IMG/VR virus record: IMGVR_UViG_3300011989_000010
Location: 23,880-87,879 of that record
DNA length: 64,000 bases
Direction: 5' to 3' (one strand)
From: a virus
Lineage: Duplodnaviria > Caudoviricetes
A model generated the notes under the pieces. The model was not told the origin of the DNA and made no database searches. It saw only the letters and a program-made list of their open reading frames with translations. Every line of letters starts with the position of its first letter. Position 1 is the first letter of the stretch. The position numbers and the translations under genes were made by a program. This document shows, piece after piece, positions 18,840 through 29,671 of this stretch.

Positions 18840-19883
18840 ATGAGCAACTTAAATTTCGGTGCATTTCAGATGCCAACAATGAACGTAGCAACAGTAAATA
18901 ACAATGCAGCAGTCTCTGAGGCACCAGCTGGGGTTGACTTAGATCACTTCGAGGATTGGAATCTTCACAAGGTTCAAGACATCACCCTTGATCAGTTGAA
19001 GCAGACTTCTCGTGAGTTGGGTGGCAATGGAGCGCCTAACAATGGTATTCTTCACTACGTCTTCATCAATCGTGTGCTTGATATGTGCAAGGAACACAAT
19101 TTCAATGCTGAGATTCGTGACCTCTTCGCTTGTAAGCAAGGTTCTTCTCAGTGGCCAGGTGTTTCTGTAGTTGACAACATTGCAAAGAGAATCAATGAGC
19201 CTGAGTTGATGCAGCAACGTAACATTCACGCAACTATCGTTCGCCGTGTGTTCTGCAACATCACCATCAGAGATTTCGATGACAATTCTGAGTATACAAA
19301 TGCCCTCACATTGTCTTACTCTCAGCGAGGCATTCAGGCAGCTGTAGGTCAGCACGTATGGGCTTGCCACAACATGACCATCCTTGGTGCAGACCAAACC
19401 ATCTCTACCTTCAATGATGGTACTTTCGAGAGCAGTAATAAGTATACACGTGTAAAGTATACATTTGAGGATGTACTCGCACGTATTGAGGATTGGCTCA
19501 GCCATATGGACTCAATAGCACATAGCGGTAGCGAGAAGATTCGCAAGATGAAGGAGACTGTTATCCCTGCCAATGTGATGTATGGTTTGTTTGGCTTCCT
19601 CTCAGCATATCGTGTTCAGTGCGATAGCAAGAATGATAGCATTCGCATCAAGGAGACCTATCCACTCAATAACTCTCAGTTGAATCAGTTCATTGAGTCT
19701 TGCCTCATTAAGGCAAAGCAGAATGAGTATGCAAGTCCTGACCATACTGGCTTCATTACTGCTTGGGACTTCTACAACGCAGCTACTGATACACACAAAG
19801 CACATCAGATGGATAGCGTTCAGGTTGTTCCTCAGAACGTAGCATTGATGAACTTCATGGATAAGTTCGTTCTTGGATTGTAA
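18840..19883 (+). CDS. DUF932/DUF3871-like protein
   Basis: 347 aa. RRVFCNITIRDF...GIQAAVG...CHNMTILG pattern resembles Bacteroidota mobile-element proteins. Higher GC, opposite strand to neighbours. Confidence 0.55.
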   Translation: MSNLNFGAFQMPTMNVATVNNNAAVSEAPAGVDLDHFEDWNLHKVQDITLDQLKQTSRELGGNGAPNNGILHYVFINRVLDMCKEHNFNAEIRDLFACKQGSSQWPGVSVVDNIAKRINEPELMQQRNIHATIVRRVFCNITIRDFDDNSEYTNALTLSYSQRGIQAAVGQHVWACHNMTILGADQTISTFNDGTFESSNKYTRVKYTFEDVLARIEDWLSHMDSIAHSGSEKIRKMKETVIPANVMYGLFGFLSAYRVQCDSKNDSIRIKETYPLNNSQLNQFIESCLIKAKQNEYASPDHTGFITAWDFYNAATDTHKAHQMDSVQVVPQNVALMNFMDKFVLGL

Positions 19884-19890
19884 ATCAATA

Positions 19891-19924
19891 AAAAAAAGGG
19901 GACTCAAATCGAGTTCCCTTTTTT
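19891..19924. terminator. Bidirectional terminator
   Basis: AAAAAAAGGGGACTC-aaatc-GAGTTCCCTTTTTT between convergent genes. Confidence 0.85.
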
Positions 19925-19926
19925 AG

Positions 19927-20262
19927 TTAAATTCCTCTTTTTCCACGACCGTACGAATGCTCGTCATGGTAGAGACTATCGCCCATTGTTCTCCAAGTTC
20001 CTTTATATCCTCTCGCTCTTTCGCCTTTATCGAAAGGCATTGAGTAACCATCATCATAATCATCCTCACATGGTTCTAATTGTGCTTCCATACCATATCT
20101 GCCTCCATCATCCCAGACATTTTGGTTAGCGTCATCAGAAAGATATGGCTCATCTTCGTACTCGTCATAGTCGTCATAAGAACTTTCTCTTAAAACTCTC
20201 TTTACTGAATTTTCGATAATGCGATGCAAATCGCCTTCAGTTAATCTAACAAGTCTTTTCAT
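19927..20262 (-). CDS. Small acidic protein with MKRLVRLTEGDLHRIIENSVKRVLRE leader
   Basis: Leader shared with 3093..3533. Sense TATTTAT at 20282-20288. Confidence 0.75.
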   Translation of the reverse strand: MKRLVRLTEGDLHRIIENSVKRVLRESSYDDYDEYEDEPYLSDDANQNVWDDGGRYGMEAQLEPCEDDYDDGYSMPFDKGERARGYKGTWRTMGDSLYHDEHSYGRGKRGI

Positions 20263-20288
20263 TTTAATATTTTTTTATATTATAAATA

Positions 20289-21812
20289 TTATGCGTATTT
20301 GTTATCCAAATCATCTACGATTCTAAAATGAATCATATCGTGATGAATAATAGATTGCATACCATAATTTATTTTTATGTCAATGTAATAATTCTGAGGT
20401 ATAAGCATATTGGTATCAATAATCATATAACTCTCACTTATGGTCTTATTTAAATTCTCCCAATTGATTACATCAATTTCTCTCTCACCATCTTTCACAT
20501 AAAGTCTTGCTTCAATTCCATTGATGTTTTGCATTTGTGTGGTATTATATTTAACTCTTGTAGCAACACCGAGTTTTCTTATGTCACCTCGTTTAATTAC
20601 CTCGTTTGATGCTATTCCAAACACACTTGGTGTGAATGTAGGTTCGTCTTCAATTGAGTTGCCAATGTTAAACCAATTGGTTGGTTCTTTAAGCGTAAAA
20701 TCGAGTTCTACGGGGCTTAATTCAGTTCCGTGGTAAACTATACCACCCCAAGTATCATAGAGCATTGTATTAGCCTTAAAATCGTTGTGAGACAACTTTA
20801 TATCAATATAATAAACACCTGTTGAATGGTGCTTAACCTCATACTCTTGTGAATACTCAATATACTCATCATTTGCATCATAAACCTCGCCAGAAACAAC
20901 ACAAGTAGGCAACTTATCAAGGTTAGTTAATTTACCTCCAATAGTGCAATAAAGATATAATTTATTATCTTTGTCTATTATAAAGTTTGCTCTATCATCT
21001 GAGATATAATCAGAATAATTTGTCTCAACGTATGGTTCAAAGAACGTGTTAGTCTTATCAGTTAAAAAGCCAACGTAATTTTCAGTTGATGCTTCTGAGT
21101 TATATTGTTGTGTGTAGGCATTTTTATCTGCTACATTTTCAAAGTCAGGTGTGAATGCAATACCAATCCCATAATTTTCTAAATCACCAGTGATAAACTT
21201 ATTAAAGACATCAGTAATATCCAATGATATGTTTTCATTTCCAATATCAAAATGTTGTCTTCCAATAACAATATCACTACCTTCTTCAGAAGAAAATTTG
21301 TCATATTCCAAAGATAACGTGTCAGTAGAATAAACGCCTTCCTCTTTCCAATTATAGCCATTTTTTGCTTGATACCAATTACTGCCATCAGTTGACACTA
21401 ATCTCGAAGCATTATGCGTGTTCTTAGTATCATAGAAATTCTCATTGAAGGCAGTCTTTGAATAATCGAATCCCTTTCCCCTGTCCCATTCTTGCGGTAT
21501 TAAAAAGAATAATACATCAAATGAAGTGGCACGTTTCTTTATGCCACTGCCAATTGAACTATACTCTTTGGTGTGCAACTGAGTAAAGTCTAATGACCCT
21601 GCATTAGTAATATGTAGCGTATGCTTCAGTTTATCAATGTTAGGGAAAATGCCATTGTCAACCATATTCTTAATTTTATTATGGTCAAAATAGCATAGAA
21701 TCCTTGATGTATGACCACCATAAACCAATTCAGCAACAGGGTTAATACCTGTATTGATATTACTACCTTTTACAATTGTACTGAATTTACTTAAATATGT
21801 TCTTTCTATCAT
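20289..21812 (-). CDS. Probable virion structural protein (baseplate region)
   Basis: 507 aa, beta-rich with a C-terminal Ig-like stretch. Adjacent to the gp5/GpV-like gene. Sense TATTTAT at 21834-21840. Confidence 0.55.
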   Translation of the reverse strand: MIERTYLSKFSTIVKGSNINTGINPVAELVYGGHTSRILCYFDHNKIKNMVDNGIFPNIDKLKHTLHITNAGSLDFTQLHTKEYSSIGSGIKKRATSFDVLFFLIPQEWDRGKGFDYSKTAFNENFYDTKNTHNASRLVSTDGSNWYQAKNGYNWKEEGVYSTDTLSLEYDKFSSEEGSDIVIGRQHFDIGNENISLDITDVFNKFITGDLENYGIGIAFTPDFENVADKNAYTQQYNSEASTENYVGFLTDKTNTFFEPYVETNYSDYISDDRANFIIDKDNKLYLYCTIGGKLTNLDKLPTCVVSGEVYDANDEYIEYSQEYEVKHHSTGVYYIDIKLSHNDFKANTMLYDTWGGIVYHGTELSPVELDFTLKEPTNWFNIGNSIEDEPTFTPSVFGIASNEVIKRGDIRKLGVATRVKYNTTQMQNINGIEARLYVKDGEREIDVINWENLNKTISESYMIIDTNMLIPQNYYIDIKINYGMQSIIHHDMIHFRIVDDLDNKYA

Positions 21813-21842
21813 TTTCTTAAAACTTATTATATAATAAATATT

Positions 21843-22793
21843 TTACGAAATGCGAACATACTCAGATAAGATAGTATTCAAGTCAAAATTAGATAGTGAT
21901 AAAACGTAATTCGCAAGTGTAGGAGGTAATTGGTTATACTTATGCGTATGTGTTAATAAAGCATCTCTCATCAACTTAAGAAATTTCACTAGTACATCAC
22001 CTTTAGGCAATTGATGCAATTCTGACATAATCTGCTCCATATCTTCATCACGAAGCATATCATTTCTATCGGTTTTAGATGGATTAATTTTATTATCTCC
22101 TACACCAATTAAATTGATTTTATCAGCAACTATATTAATAGCACTATTGGTTTTTGATGGTTCGCTTATTTTTTTACCAGCTTCTGCATTGTAATTTTCG
22201 ACATTACCAGCCAAATTAGATTTATACTTCAATTGTATATATGCAGGGTCGATGTCGTTAAAGATAACCTTGCCTATATTGGTAATGACACCTTCTTGTT
22301 TAGCGGCTGCATTTGTTAATGAGTCCTCTTTACGAACACCACATCTAATGAGCACTTGATCAGATCCTTCCCCAACCGCTTTGTCCATAATGATGTCCTG
22401 ACTCTCTCTACCAACGACTGAAACCGAGCCTAAACGTGCAAAAGAACCTTGCGTTCTTGCATCATTCTTGATATTAGGCAATGGTCCAATAGGTCCACCA
22501 TTTAAAACTGACATAGCCTGTCCTCTGCCATATGAGAACTCGCATTTCTCATTGTATTGTGGCTGAGAAATTATTGGTCCAATATAGTATCTATTACTGC
22601 CCTTGCCATTTTCTTCCAGCAAGAAAACGCCTTCACCTACTTTAGGTACGACTTGGAATTGTTTAGGTAGTAAAGGGAATGCCCAAGGAACTTCTCCACC
22701 ACCATCCTCATGTGCACGTGCTTTAATTCGTAGAGCACCTGCAGGGTCAATGTTGGTTTGCTCAACATGACCTAATTTAACTATCATTGCCAT
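21843..22793 (-). CDS. Baseplate hub/spike protein with gp5/GpV-type OB-fold N-terminus
   Basis: IDPAGALRIKARA...VPWAFPLLP...VVPKVGEGVFL...RYYIG, and C-terminal ALLTHTH. Confidence 0.75.
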   Translation of the reverse strand: MAMIVKLGHVEQTNIDPAGALRIKARAHEDGGGEVPWAFPLLPKQFQVVPKVGEGVFLLEENGKGSNRYYIGPIISQPQYNEKCEFSYGRGQAMSVLNGGPIGPLPNIKNDARTQGSFARLGSVSVVGRESQDIIMDKAVGEGSDQVLIRCGVRKEDSLTNAAAKQEGVITNIGKVIFNDIDPAYIQLKYKSNLAGNVENYNAEAGKKISEPSKTNSAINIVADKINLIGVGDNKINPSKTDRNDMLRDEDMEQIMSELHQLPKGDVLVKFLKLMRDALLTHTHKYNQLPPTLANYVLSLSNFDLNTILSEYVRIS

Positions 22794-22966
22794 ATACCCT
22801 TATTTCTATTTTCTACTTCCTTTTTGGCTTCGGCAAATTCAAGGTCAAGTTTCTGCATCTCCTGAATTAAGCCCAAAACCTTATGTTTTGTTGCCTCATA
22901 CTCATTTTCTAAAGTCTTCAACTTAAGGTTGAGTTCAGCGTTTGTATAGTTCTGATACTTTTTCAT
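22784..22966 (-). CDS. Small coiled-coil hypothetical protein
   Basis: 60-aa ORF tightly packed in the operon. Confidence 0.6.
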   Translation of the reverse strand: MKKYQNYTNAELNLKLKTLENEYEATKHKVLGLIQEMQKLDLEFAEAKKEVENRNKGIWQ

Positions 22967-22969
22967 TTT

Positions 22970-23362
22970 TCATTGTATTATTGCAGTTCCAGTTGCAAAG
23001 TTGGTGTTAATTCCTTGTGAAATCATTGGTCCACCACTATTTGCTCCTGAAGTGATTACATTAATAGCACCTGGTTGTATCGCTATTTGAGTATTAGCAT
23101 CTTGGTGTAATGCACGATAAATTTCCTCAACAATGGCAATTATTACGACAAGTGATTTATTTTCGTCACCATCTTCAGCAGCTCCAGTAGGTATACCATG
23201 TTTATTCATTGCTTTAACAATGTTGCCAACTGAAACAACTGTAGAAAGCCCAGGTCTTTGTGGACCACCTAATGCCATAAGCATAGGTGGGATTTGTGGG
23301 GCAGGACCTCTAACTTTACTAAAAATAGCTTTGATAGTGGATATTATTGATGTTATATTCAT
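22970..23362 (-). CDS. Hypothetical protein
   Basis: 130-aa ORF in the operon. Confidence 0.7.
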   Translation of the reverse strand: MNITSIISTIKAIFSKVRGPAPQIPPMLMALGGPQRPGLSTVVSVGNIVKAMNKHGIPTGAAEDGDENKSLVVIIAIVEEIYRALHQDANTQIAIQPGAINVITSGANSGGPMISQGINTNFATGTAIIQ

Positions 23363-23377
23363 AATGAAATTTCTTTT

Positions 23378-26374
23378 TTAGCAGTTATTGCTTACTGGTT
23401 TATCCGTATTATTTTCACTTGTTGAAGAGCCAATAATATCAGCATAATCAACATTATCAAGTACAGTTGGCAGGTCATAGTCAGTTCCCTTACCATTATT
23501 CTTATCTCCATACTTACTTAATAAAGCTTGTAATACTGAGTTCAGCCTATTAGAATATTCTTTGCCCTTTCTAAGCATTGCTAATAATTCTGACAAAATA
23601 TCTTGATATACTGAATACTGTTCTTTCTCAACCTTAAATGCTAATTGAGCTGCAAGAAGCCCTAAATAATCAAGGATATAATCTAACAACTTCTTCAAAA
23701 TAAGGTCTCTGAGTTCTTTTACAATGCCTACAACCAATCCTTTCATTCCATTAAGCAACTCTTCAGCATTGAATGTTTCACCTCCATCGCCCATTAATTG
23801 CTTATTAACTGAAATAAGCATCAAAACTTTAGGACTTAATAGTGACTGAATCAAAATAGCAGCAAGCTGACTTAGCATATTAGAGGCAAAATCTAACTTT
23901 GTCTTTTTTGAATCCTGCAAAGCGTAAACATTTTGGTTACCTGTTACCTTAGCAGTTGCAGCACTGATTGCATTGCTTAATACAGTCTTTTGTTCTTGTT
24001 TAGTACCATTCTCAGGATAATTCTGAAGGATTTCATAAACGTCACTTAAATCAACCACGTCAGTCTTATCATTAAGATATGGTTGTTGATGGTATCTTTT
24101 GTCTTCAGCCTGTTGTAGCATACTTGAATACTGATTATTATCAAAAGTAAAGAAACAATCTGTCAATTCAGTATCTTCAGTTTCGATAATTTTTCTTACA
24201 ATTTCAGTAATTCTTTGTTTGTTACCAAAATAGTCATACTCATTTTGGTCATATATCTTATTAATGCCAATTTTAAAAGTTGAATCGTATGATGGGTTTG
24301 TTGCCGCATCTAATAATTTAGCGCAAACTACTTTAGGGCTGAACAATCTCATGCCCATAATGTAGTCATAGTTAAATTCGTACACAGTTAAACCATTATA
24401 GCACTGAATCAAATGTTTCGTATAATCACCTTTTCTATTGTTAGGGTTGCCTGTTTGAGCCAAAAAATACTCACCAGTTTTTTTACTTATAAACAAGCTA
24501 CATTTATCAACCCTTTCTCCAACACCCATTATCACATAATCTTTATCAAGTCCTCCACCTTCTTTTGCTACTAAAGTTTGATAACACTCATTTAAAGCAT
24601 TAAGTATTTTTGCTTTTAATACTTCGGTATCGTATTCATTTTTGTTGTCTGGAATCCATTTATTGAAAGCCAAGTACAAAACTTTTGCATTCAAAGATGA
24701 ACCACTGCACTTAGCAATAATGGCTTCCTTTACTGCATTCATACCAGTTTTTCCACTAACGGTTTCATTGTGAACCATTCTCATAATGTCACTATAATCA
24801 CTATCGCTAAAATTCTTTGAAGCCTCTTGAATATGTTGTGCATAACCTATTGCTGAAATATTGTCATTGTGTACATATGGTCTATTTTCACTTGTCATTT
24901 TATCAGTAGGCAAAGAGAAATTGCCATTAGGGTCAGGATTACCATAGGCATCAAACAAAATACGTTTCCATCTCCATATAGGCTCATCGTTATTCAGATA
25001 AGGTATATAAACATACGGCTTAGGCAAAATGGTAAAATTAATCTTTTGTGTTGAGCCTCCTACATAATCAGTTTGATAATCAGTAGGCGACATAAATTGC
25101 AAATTGCAAATAGCTTTCTGATTAGCATAATCCCCTATTTGCTTATTTGTTCTATAGCCTAAATTATAGTTGTAGTATTGACTCTTATCAACATACCAAT
25201 CAGCACTATTCCAATTGCTTGAAACAGGTACAAACTCATTTCTAATTACTCTTGTTTCTCCAGTGTACATAGGATCCACTTGTTCGAAATGAGCGCCAAT
25301 ACAAAGTGAGATTTCATTTGGGTTGTTTTTGTTCACAATTGTACTACCGACTGACATAGTTGAACTACCTGATGATATAAGGTTAAGATTTAATGGGGCA
25401 AAAAGACTCGTCTTTCCACCTCCTTGACCAATTGTATCAACAAAATTTTTTCCGTCAATTGTTACAACTTGTCCATTAATTTCAGCAGGTGTAGGAGAAG
25501 GGAATTTAGCAACGTGCATTACAAACCATATGAACGCATTCATATCTTCTGCTCTGCACAACTCCCATTTGCTTTTCATACTACTGATATTTCCTACCCT
25601 TTGAACGCTTGTGCTTCCATCAGCATTTTCAACTGTACCATAACCTGTAGAATTATTAACACCCAAACCTTTATAAAATAACTCCATTTCGTCATTAATA
25701 ACACCGAAATAGTTATTCATACCTTTATCACTATAAGGCGAATATGCAAGAATACCTTCAGGGTCAATTGAATCACAATCAATTAACATACCTCTTTGCT
25801 TATCTACTTTAGGCTTACCTGTATATTCACTAAATTGATATTTTAATTTATCAAAATAGTATTCGCCACTTCTTTGACGTAATTGCTTTGGTATTCGTGG
25901 GTCTGCTGAACAGGAAACTATTGATTTAATATTAGCCAATAAAGCTGCCTTTAAACCAATTTCTACCTCAGGTAAAACATCAACTAAGAAACTAACCAGC
26001 CATTTCTCGATTTCCTCATCAGTAACGCCTATCGTATTTAGCAAATCCAATAAAAGTGCTAAAGGACTTAATGAGAAAGTAAACGAGTTACTTGTCAATA
26101 AGTCCATTCCTACATCAGTATATTCTGGTAGCTTCTCAAGGGTTGCCATAGCCGTATCAATATAGCTATAAACCTCCCTTTCAGCATCTTTTACTTTCTT
26201 TTGATACTGATTTATTTTGTCTTGTATTGAAGATATGTTTTGTTTTTTTCCTTCAGCGCTAGTTTTAGCTCCTTCAGTGTTATTAGGTAAAGATGCATTT
26301 GACGATGCTTTTTTGTTTTTACTAAGCATTTCGTTAATTTGGTCAACTGACATCTCCTTTACTTCGTTTGCCAT
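23378..26374 (-). CDS. Large hypothetical protein (baseplate-adjacent)
   Basis: 998-aa uninterrupted ORF, start abuts the stop of the upstream gene. Confidence 0.75.
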   Translation of the reverse strand: MANEVKEMSVDQINEMLSKNKKASSNASLPNNTEGAKTSAEGKKQNISSIQDKINQYQKKVKDAEREVYSYIDTAMATLEKLPEYTDVGMDLLTSNSFTFSLSPLALLLDLLNTIGVTDEEIEKWLVSFLVDVLPEVEIGLKAALLANIKSIVSCSADPRIPKQLRQRSGEYYFDKLKYQFSEYTGKPKVDKQRGMLIDCDSIDPEGILAYSPYSDKGMNNYFGVINDEMELFYKGLGVNNSTGYGTVENADGSTSVQRVGNISSMKSKWELCRAEDMNAFIWFVMHVAKFPSPTPAEINGQVVTIDGKNFVDTIGQGGGKTSLFAPLNLNLISSGSSTMSVGSTIVNKNNPNEISLCIGAHFEQVDPMYTGETRVIRNEFVPVSSNWNSADWYVDKSQYYNYNLGYRTNKQIGDYANQKAICNLQFMSPTDYQTDYVGGSTQKINFTILPKPYVYIPYLNNDEPIWRWKRILFDAYGNPDPNGNFSLPTDKMTSENRPYVHNDNISAIGYAQHIQEASKNFSDSDYSDIMRMVHNETVSGKTGMNAVKEAIIAKCSGSSLNAKVLYLAFNKWIPDNKNEYDTEVLKAKILNALNECYQTLVAKEGGGLDKDYVIMGVGERVDKCSLFISKKTGEYFLAQTGNPNNRKGDYTKHLIQCYNGLTVYEFNYDYIMGMRLFSPKVVCAKLLDAATNPSYDSTFKIGINKIYDQNEYDYFGNKQRITEIVRKIIETEDTELTDCFFTFDNNQYSSMLQQAEDKRYHQQPYLNDKTDVVDLSDVYEILQNYPENGTKQEQKTVLSNAISAATAKVTGNQNVYALQDSKKTKLDFASNMLSQLAAILIQSLLSPKVLMLISVNKQLMGDGGETFNAEELLNGMKGLVVGIVKELRDLILKKLLDYILDYLGLLAAQLAFKVEKEQYSVYQDILSELLAMLRKGKEYSNRLNSVLQALLSKYGDKNNGKGTDYDLPTVLDNVDYADIIGSSTSENNTDKPVSNNC

Positions 26375-26769
26375 TACTTCTTCAATTCTATGGTTTTAGT
26401 CTTGTCAGGTTCTTGATATGACTCACTTACCATCTGCTTGATTTTCTTAAGGTCAAAGGTAGCATTGCTTGCACCACTCTGTTCTACTGCCTCCTTAATA
26501 TCTCCATTATGGTTCATAATGTCAGTCATTAATTTAGCAATATCTAACTTAGTTCTAATCGCTTTGTCTTTAATGGTAAGATAATCATTCATTGCCTTGC
26601 TATACTTCTGCTTGGAGTCCATCACTTCGTCTTGCAGACGTGTAGCATTGGCTAATTTGTTCATTTCATCTTGTGCTTGGACAAGTTGTTGGTCTGCTAA
26701 TCTATACGTCTCCTGAAGCAAATCACGAACGTTGTTAGCATTGTTTAATTCTATTTTAAATTTAGCCAT
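26374..26769 (-). CDS. Hypothetical helical protein
   Basis: 131 aa, sense TATTTAT at 26786-26792. Confidence 0.7.
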   Translation of the reverse strand: MAKFKIELNNANNVRDLLQETYRLADQQLVQAQDEMNKLANATRLQDEVMDSKQKYSKAMNDYLTIKDKAIRTKLDIAKLMTDIMNHNGDIKEAVEQSGASNATFDLKKIKQMVSESYQEPDKTKTIELKK

Positions 26770-26797
26770 TTCCTTATATTATTCTATAAATAGTTAT

Positions 26798-27559
26798 TTA
26801 CGCATTTATCATAACCTTTTTCAGCCCATAATATGCGGTTTTATACTTCCTCATACCATCACGAATCTGCTTGGTATTCAATAAGGTAGTTTCTTTTAAG
26901 AAGAGTAAGATTGAACTCTTATTGAACTTATTGCTGCCCATCTGAGCAAATAAGTCTTCCCAATTGGTCATAAGTTCAACTAAAGCCTCTCCAACCTTAA
27001 TCTCATCCTCATTCAATTTATACTTGTCACGATTATCAATAATGTTATTAATTTCCTTAACAGTATTGCTCATTAATTCGTTTAAAAATGTAATTCGTCC
27101 AGAATTATCATCATAAGAGTATTTAACATTATTAGTCAAATCTGACTGCATAACATCATATCTTTCATTTCTTTTCTGTTTCTTATTGAATTGGTTAATC
27201 TTGTAAATTAAATAATTTTTACAAATAGTGCCACAATAAGAATAAGCCTTATAACCAGTGTCGGGATTAAAATTTTCAATTTTGGTCATCAAAAAAGAAA
27301 CCGTGTCATCAAAAGTTTCTTGAAATTCTTCATCGGGTGGATATAGATTGTATCTTCTAATAATTGATTCAATCATCTTTGTAAAAGCAGGCTCAAGCCA
27401 CTTGTTAAAGATTTTGTCTTTTTCTTCTTTAGTGGATGCGTGTAAATAATCCTTAACTGCTTGTTCTTGCTCTTCGTAAAAATACCCCTTTCTTTTCTTG
27501 CTTGGTTTTCTGCCTCTTTTTGCCATTGCTTTATATTTATATTTAGTTAAACTATCCAA
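26798..27559 (-). CDS. gp55: Phage sigma factor, T4 gp55-like (late transcription)
   Basis: FTKMIESIIRRY...KIENFNPDTGYKAYSYCGTICKNYLI resembles sigma region 2 of gp55-type factors. True start may be MAKRGRK at 27526. Confidence 0.7.
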   Translation of the reverse strand: MDSLTKYKYKAMAKRGRKPSKKRKGYFYEEQEQAVKDYLHASTKEEKDKIFNKWLEPAFTKMIESIIRRYNLYPPDEEFQETFDDTVSFLMTKIENFNPDTGYKAYSYCGTICKNYLIYKINQFNKKQKRNERYDVMQSDLTNNVKYSYDDNSGRITFLNELMSNTVKEINNIIDNRDKYKLNEDEIKVGEALVELMTNWEDLFAQMGSNKFNKSSILLFLKETTLLNTKQIRDGMRKYKTAYYGLKKVMINA

Positions 27560-27726
27560 TAATATTTATTTCAATACTAAATATCATCAAAGGCAAAAAT
27601 CTATGCAATTTCAGCACACTTTCTTCCACATTTTTTATATATAAAAAATCTTCGTGTTGCCGTTTTGATGTGTAAAAAAAAATGGTGCTAACCACCAAAG
27701 AATTAGCACCATTGAATTTATTTTTT

Positions 27727-28503
27727 TTAATCTTTTTTAACTTCTTCCTTGGAATATGGTGCTACTTCTCGTTGTTTAATGAAGAAATACTCCTTCTTAG
27801 CCACATTCATCCAATGTCTTGCTTCCTCATCGCTAATTGTAGCACGATAATTTTCAAGTAAAGAATCCTTACGACCAAGGTAATGTGCATAACCAACCTT
27901 AGGTATTACAAACACACCCTTACCCTTGTTAGTCAAACGTAAAAGGAACTCGTACCAAAAATATACAGGAATATTTGTCTTTAACCCACCAAGTTCCTTC
28001 CAATCAGCAGTATTGAAAACGCCACCAGTTAAGTAGAACTCGAAGAAGTTCTGCAAGCAATCAAGGTCAATAACACCAATCTCATTTGAGAATGATGAAG
28101 CCCAAGGTGCTTCGTTACCAATACCTGCATACTCCTTAGTATTGAAATCAACCAAATCCTCAAGAGGCAAGAATACACTTGTTTCAGGCTTAAACTCAAT
28201 ATAAGTCTTTACGTTGTTAAACCAAATAGGTGTATACTCATCATCATATTCGAGAATAGAAAACCATTTATAATCATCATTAACTGCACTATTGACAAGT
28301 GTAGGGAAATCAGTAGCATCATTGCCACTTACCTTTACATTCTTTTTATCTTTAAGTGCATCAGTTACATCCTTTACAATTGCATTTGAAGCTGAAACAA
28401 CAATGTCAATATCAGCAGGTACTGAATTAACTGCATCATTGAGCAAAGGCTTAACATCATCATCAAACTTGTGCAATGGAATAATTACTAATATATCGCT
28501 CAT
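27727..28503 (-). CDS. Glycosyltransferase family 2-like protein
   Basis: ILVIIPLH N-terminus, FSILEYDDEY acidic motif, FWYEFLLRL, IPKVGYAH. Confidence 0.7.
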   Translation of the reverse strand: MSDILVIIPLHKFDDDVKPLLNDAVNSVPADIDIVVSASNAIVKDVTDALKDKKNVKVSGNDATDFPTLVNSAVNDDYKWFSILEYDDEYTPIWFNNVKTYIEFKPETSVFLPLEDLVDFNTKEYAGIGNEAPWASSFSNEIGVIDLDCLQNFFEFYLTGGVFNTADWKELGGLKTNIPVYFWYEFLLRLTNKGKGVFVIPKVGYAHYLGRKDSLLENYRATISDEEARHWMNVAKKEYFFIKQREVAPYSKEEVKKD

Positions 28504-28543
28504 TTTTTTAATCTATTTTTAATTTAGTAGGTAATTATGTGAA

Positions 28544-29671
28544 CTACTCATTTGCATCAGTTTTTGATGCTTTACTTTCAACAACATTTACAAGTTGTTC
28601 CATCTCCTTCTTTCGATTCTCAATTATGCTATTAAGGTACTCACTGAACTCCTTCTGAGTAGTCTCGAATGGGTAAAGTTCATTTACCTTCTTAGCCTCA
28701 TCAAACAAAGTTGAAGGTACTTTATCAGTAATCCAAGAACGAACCACACTTGCGATTGCTCTCTGAACCTCATGGAAATCATCGAACCAAATGCAGCAAT
28801 TGCGTAACTTGCCAACCTTATCCTCAGAATCCTCATTCATCCACTTCAATGGCTCTTCAGGAATCTTAGCGATTACAATAGAACCACTCTTCATAGCCTC
28901 AAGTGCTGAATAACCGAAACTTGTCTTGTCGTCAACCCAAATTGTTATTGCTGCATCTCTCAATGATTCAGCAAACTGCTCTTTTGAGAAACCTCTCAAG
29001 TCACGGAATGAAACCCACTTGAATGAAGGGTATTTCCAATAGAAAGGTTTGATGATTCGGTTTATATCCTCCTGATCAGAAGCGACAATATTGACAATCA
29101 TCTTCTTAGGCTGAATGGTTGTTCCGAACATTTTATCAATGTAAGGGGTAATTACCTTTGTCTTAACATAAGGGAAAATATCTTTAAGCAACTCTGCATT
29201 GTGCTCAGTATTTGTAATTGCATCAAGAATACCAAAGTCTCCCCATTGTGCTGCAAATGGCATCTGCTCTACAAGATAATCATAATTCTGAAGGATTGCA
29301 ATTCTCTTACAAGGCAACTTCTTTGTTTGATTCATTACATTTGCGAAAATCTCAGGAATGAAAAGAATATCAGAAGGTGTGATTTCAACGTCATCACTTG
29401 CAATGTCATAATGTGGAATATTAGCATAATCCTCACCGAGCCAGTCCTTAACACCAACAAACTTATCATCCTTATCTGCACTCTGATAAAGCATAGCAAC
29501 CTTGTAGCCGTCATTTTTGGCAATCATAGCCAACTTGTAGATATATTCAAGACTACCACTTGGATTTCCCTTTGTATCAAGGATGAAAAAGAACACATTG
29601 TTCTCTTTTTTGTCAATCTTCTTTATTTCTGCTTGTACTCTCTTTAGAGCCTTTTCTTCTTTCTTATTCAT
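28544..29671 (-). CDS. GT-B fold glycosyltransferase-like protein
   Basis: DILFIPEIF, IAILQN, C-terminal TSFGYSALEAMKSGSIVIA (GT4-like ExxAxG motif). Confidence 0.75.
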   Translation of the reverse strand: MNKKEEKALKRVQAEIKKIDKKENNVFFFILDTKGNPSGSLEYIYKLAMIAKNDGYKVAMLYQSADKDDKFVGVKDWLGEDYANIPHYDIASDDVEITPSDILFIPEIFANVMNQTKKLPCKRIAILQNYDYLVEQMPFAAQWGDFGILDAITNTEHNAELLKDIFPYVKTKVITPYIDKMFGTTIQPKKMIVNIVASDQEDINRIIKPFYWKYPSFKWVSFRDLRGFSKEQFAESLRDAAITIWVDDKTSFGYSALEAMKSGSIVIAKIPEEPLKWMNEDSEDKVGKLRNCCIWFDDFHEVQRAIASVVRSWITDKVPSTLFDEAKKVNELYPFETTQKEFSEYLNSIIENRKKEMEQLVNVVESKASKTDANE

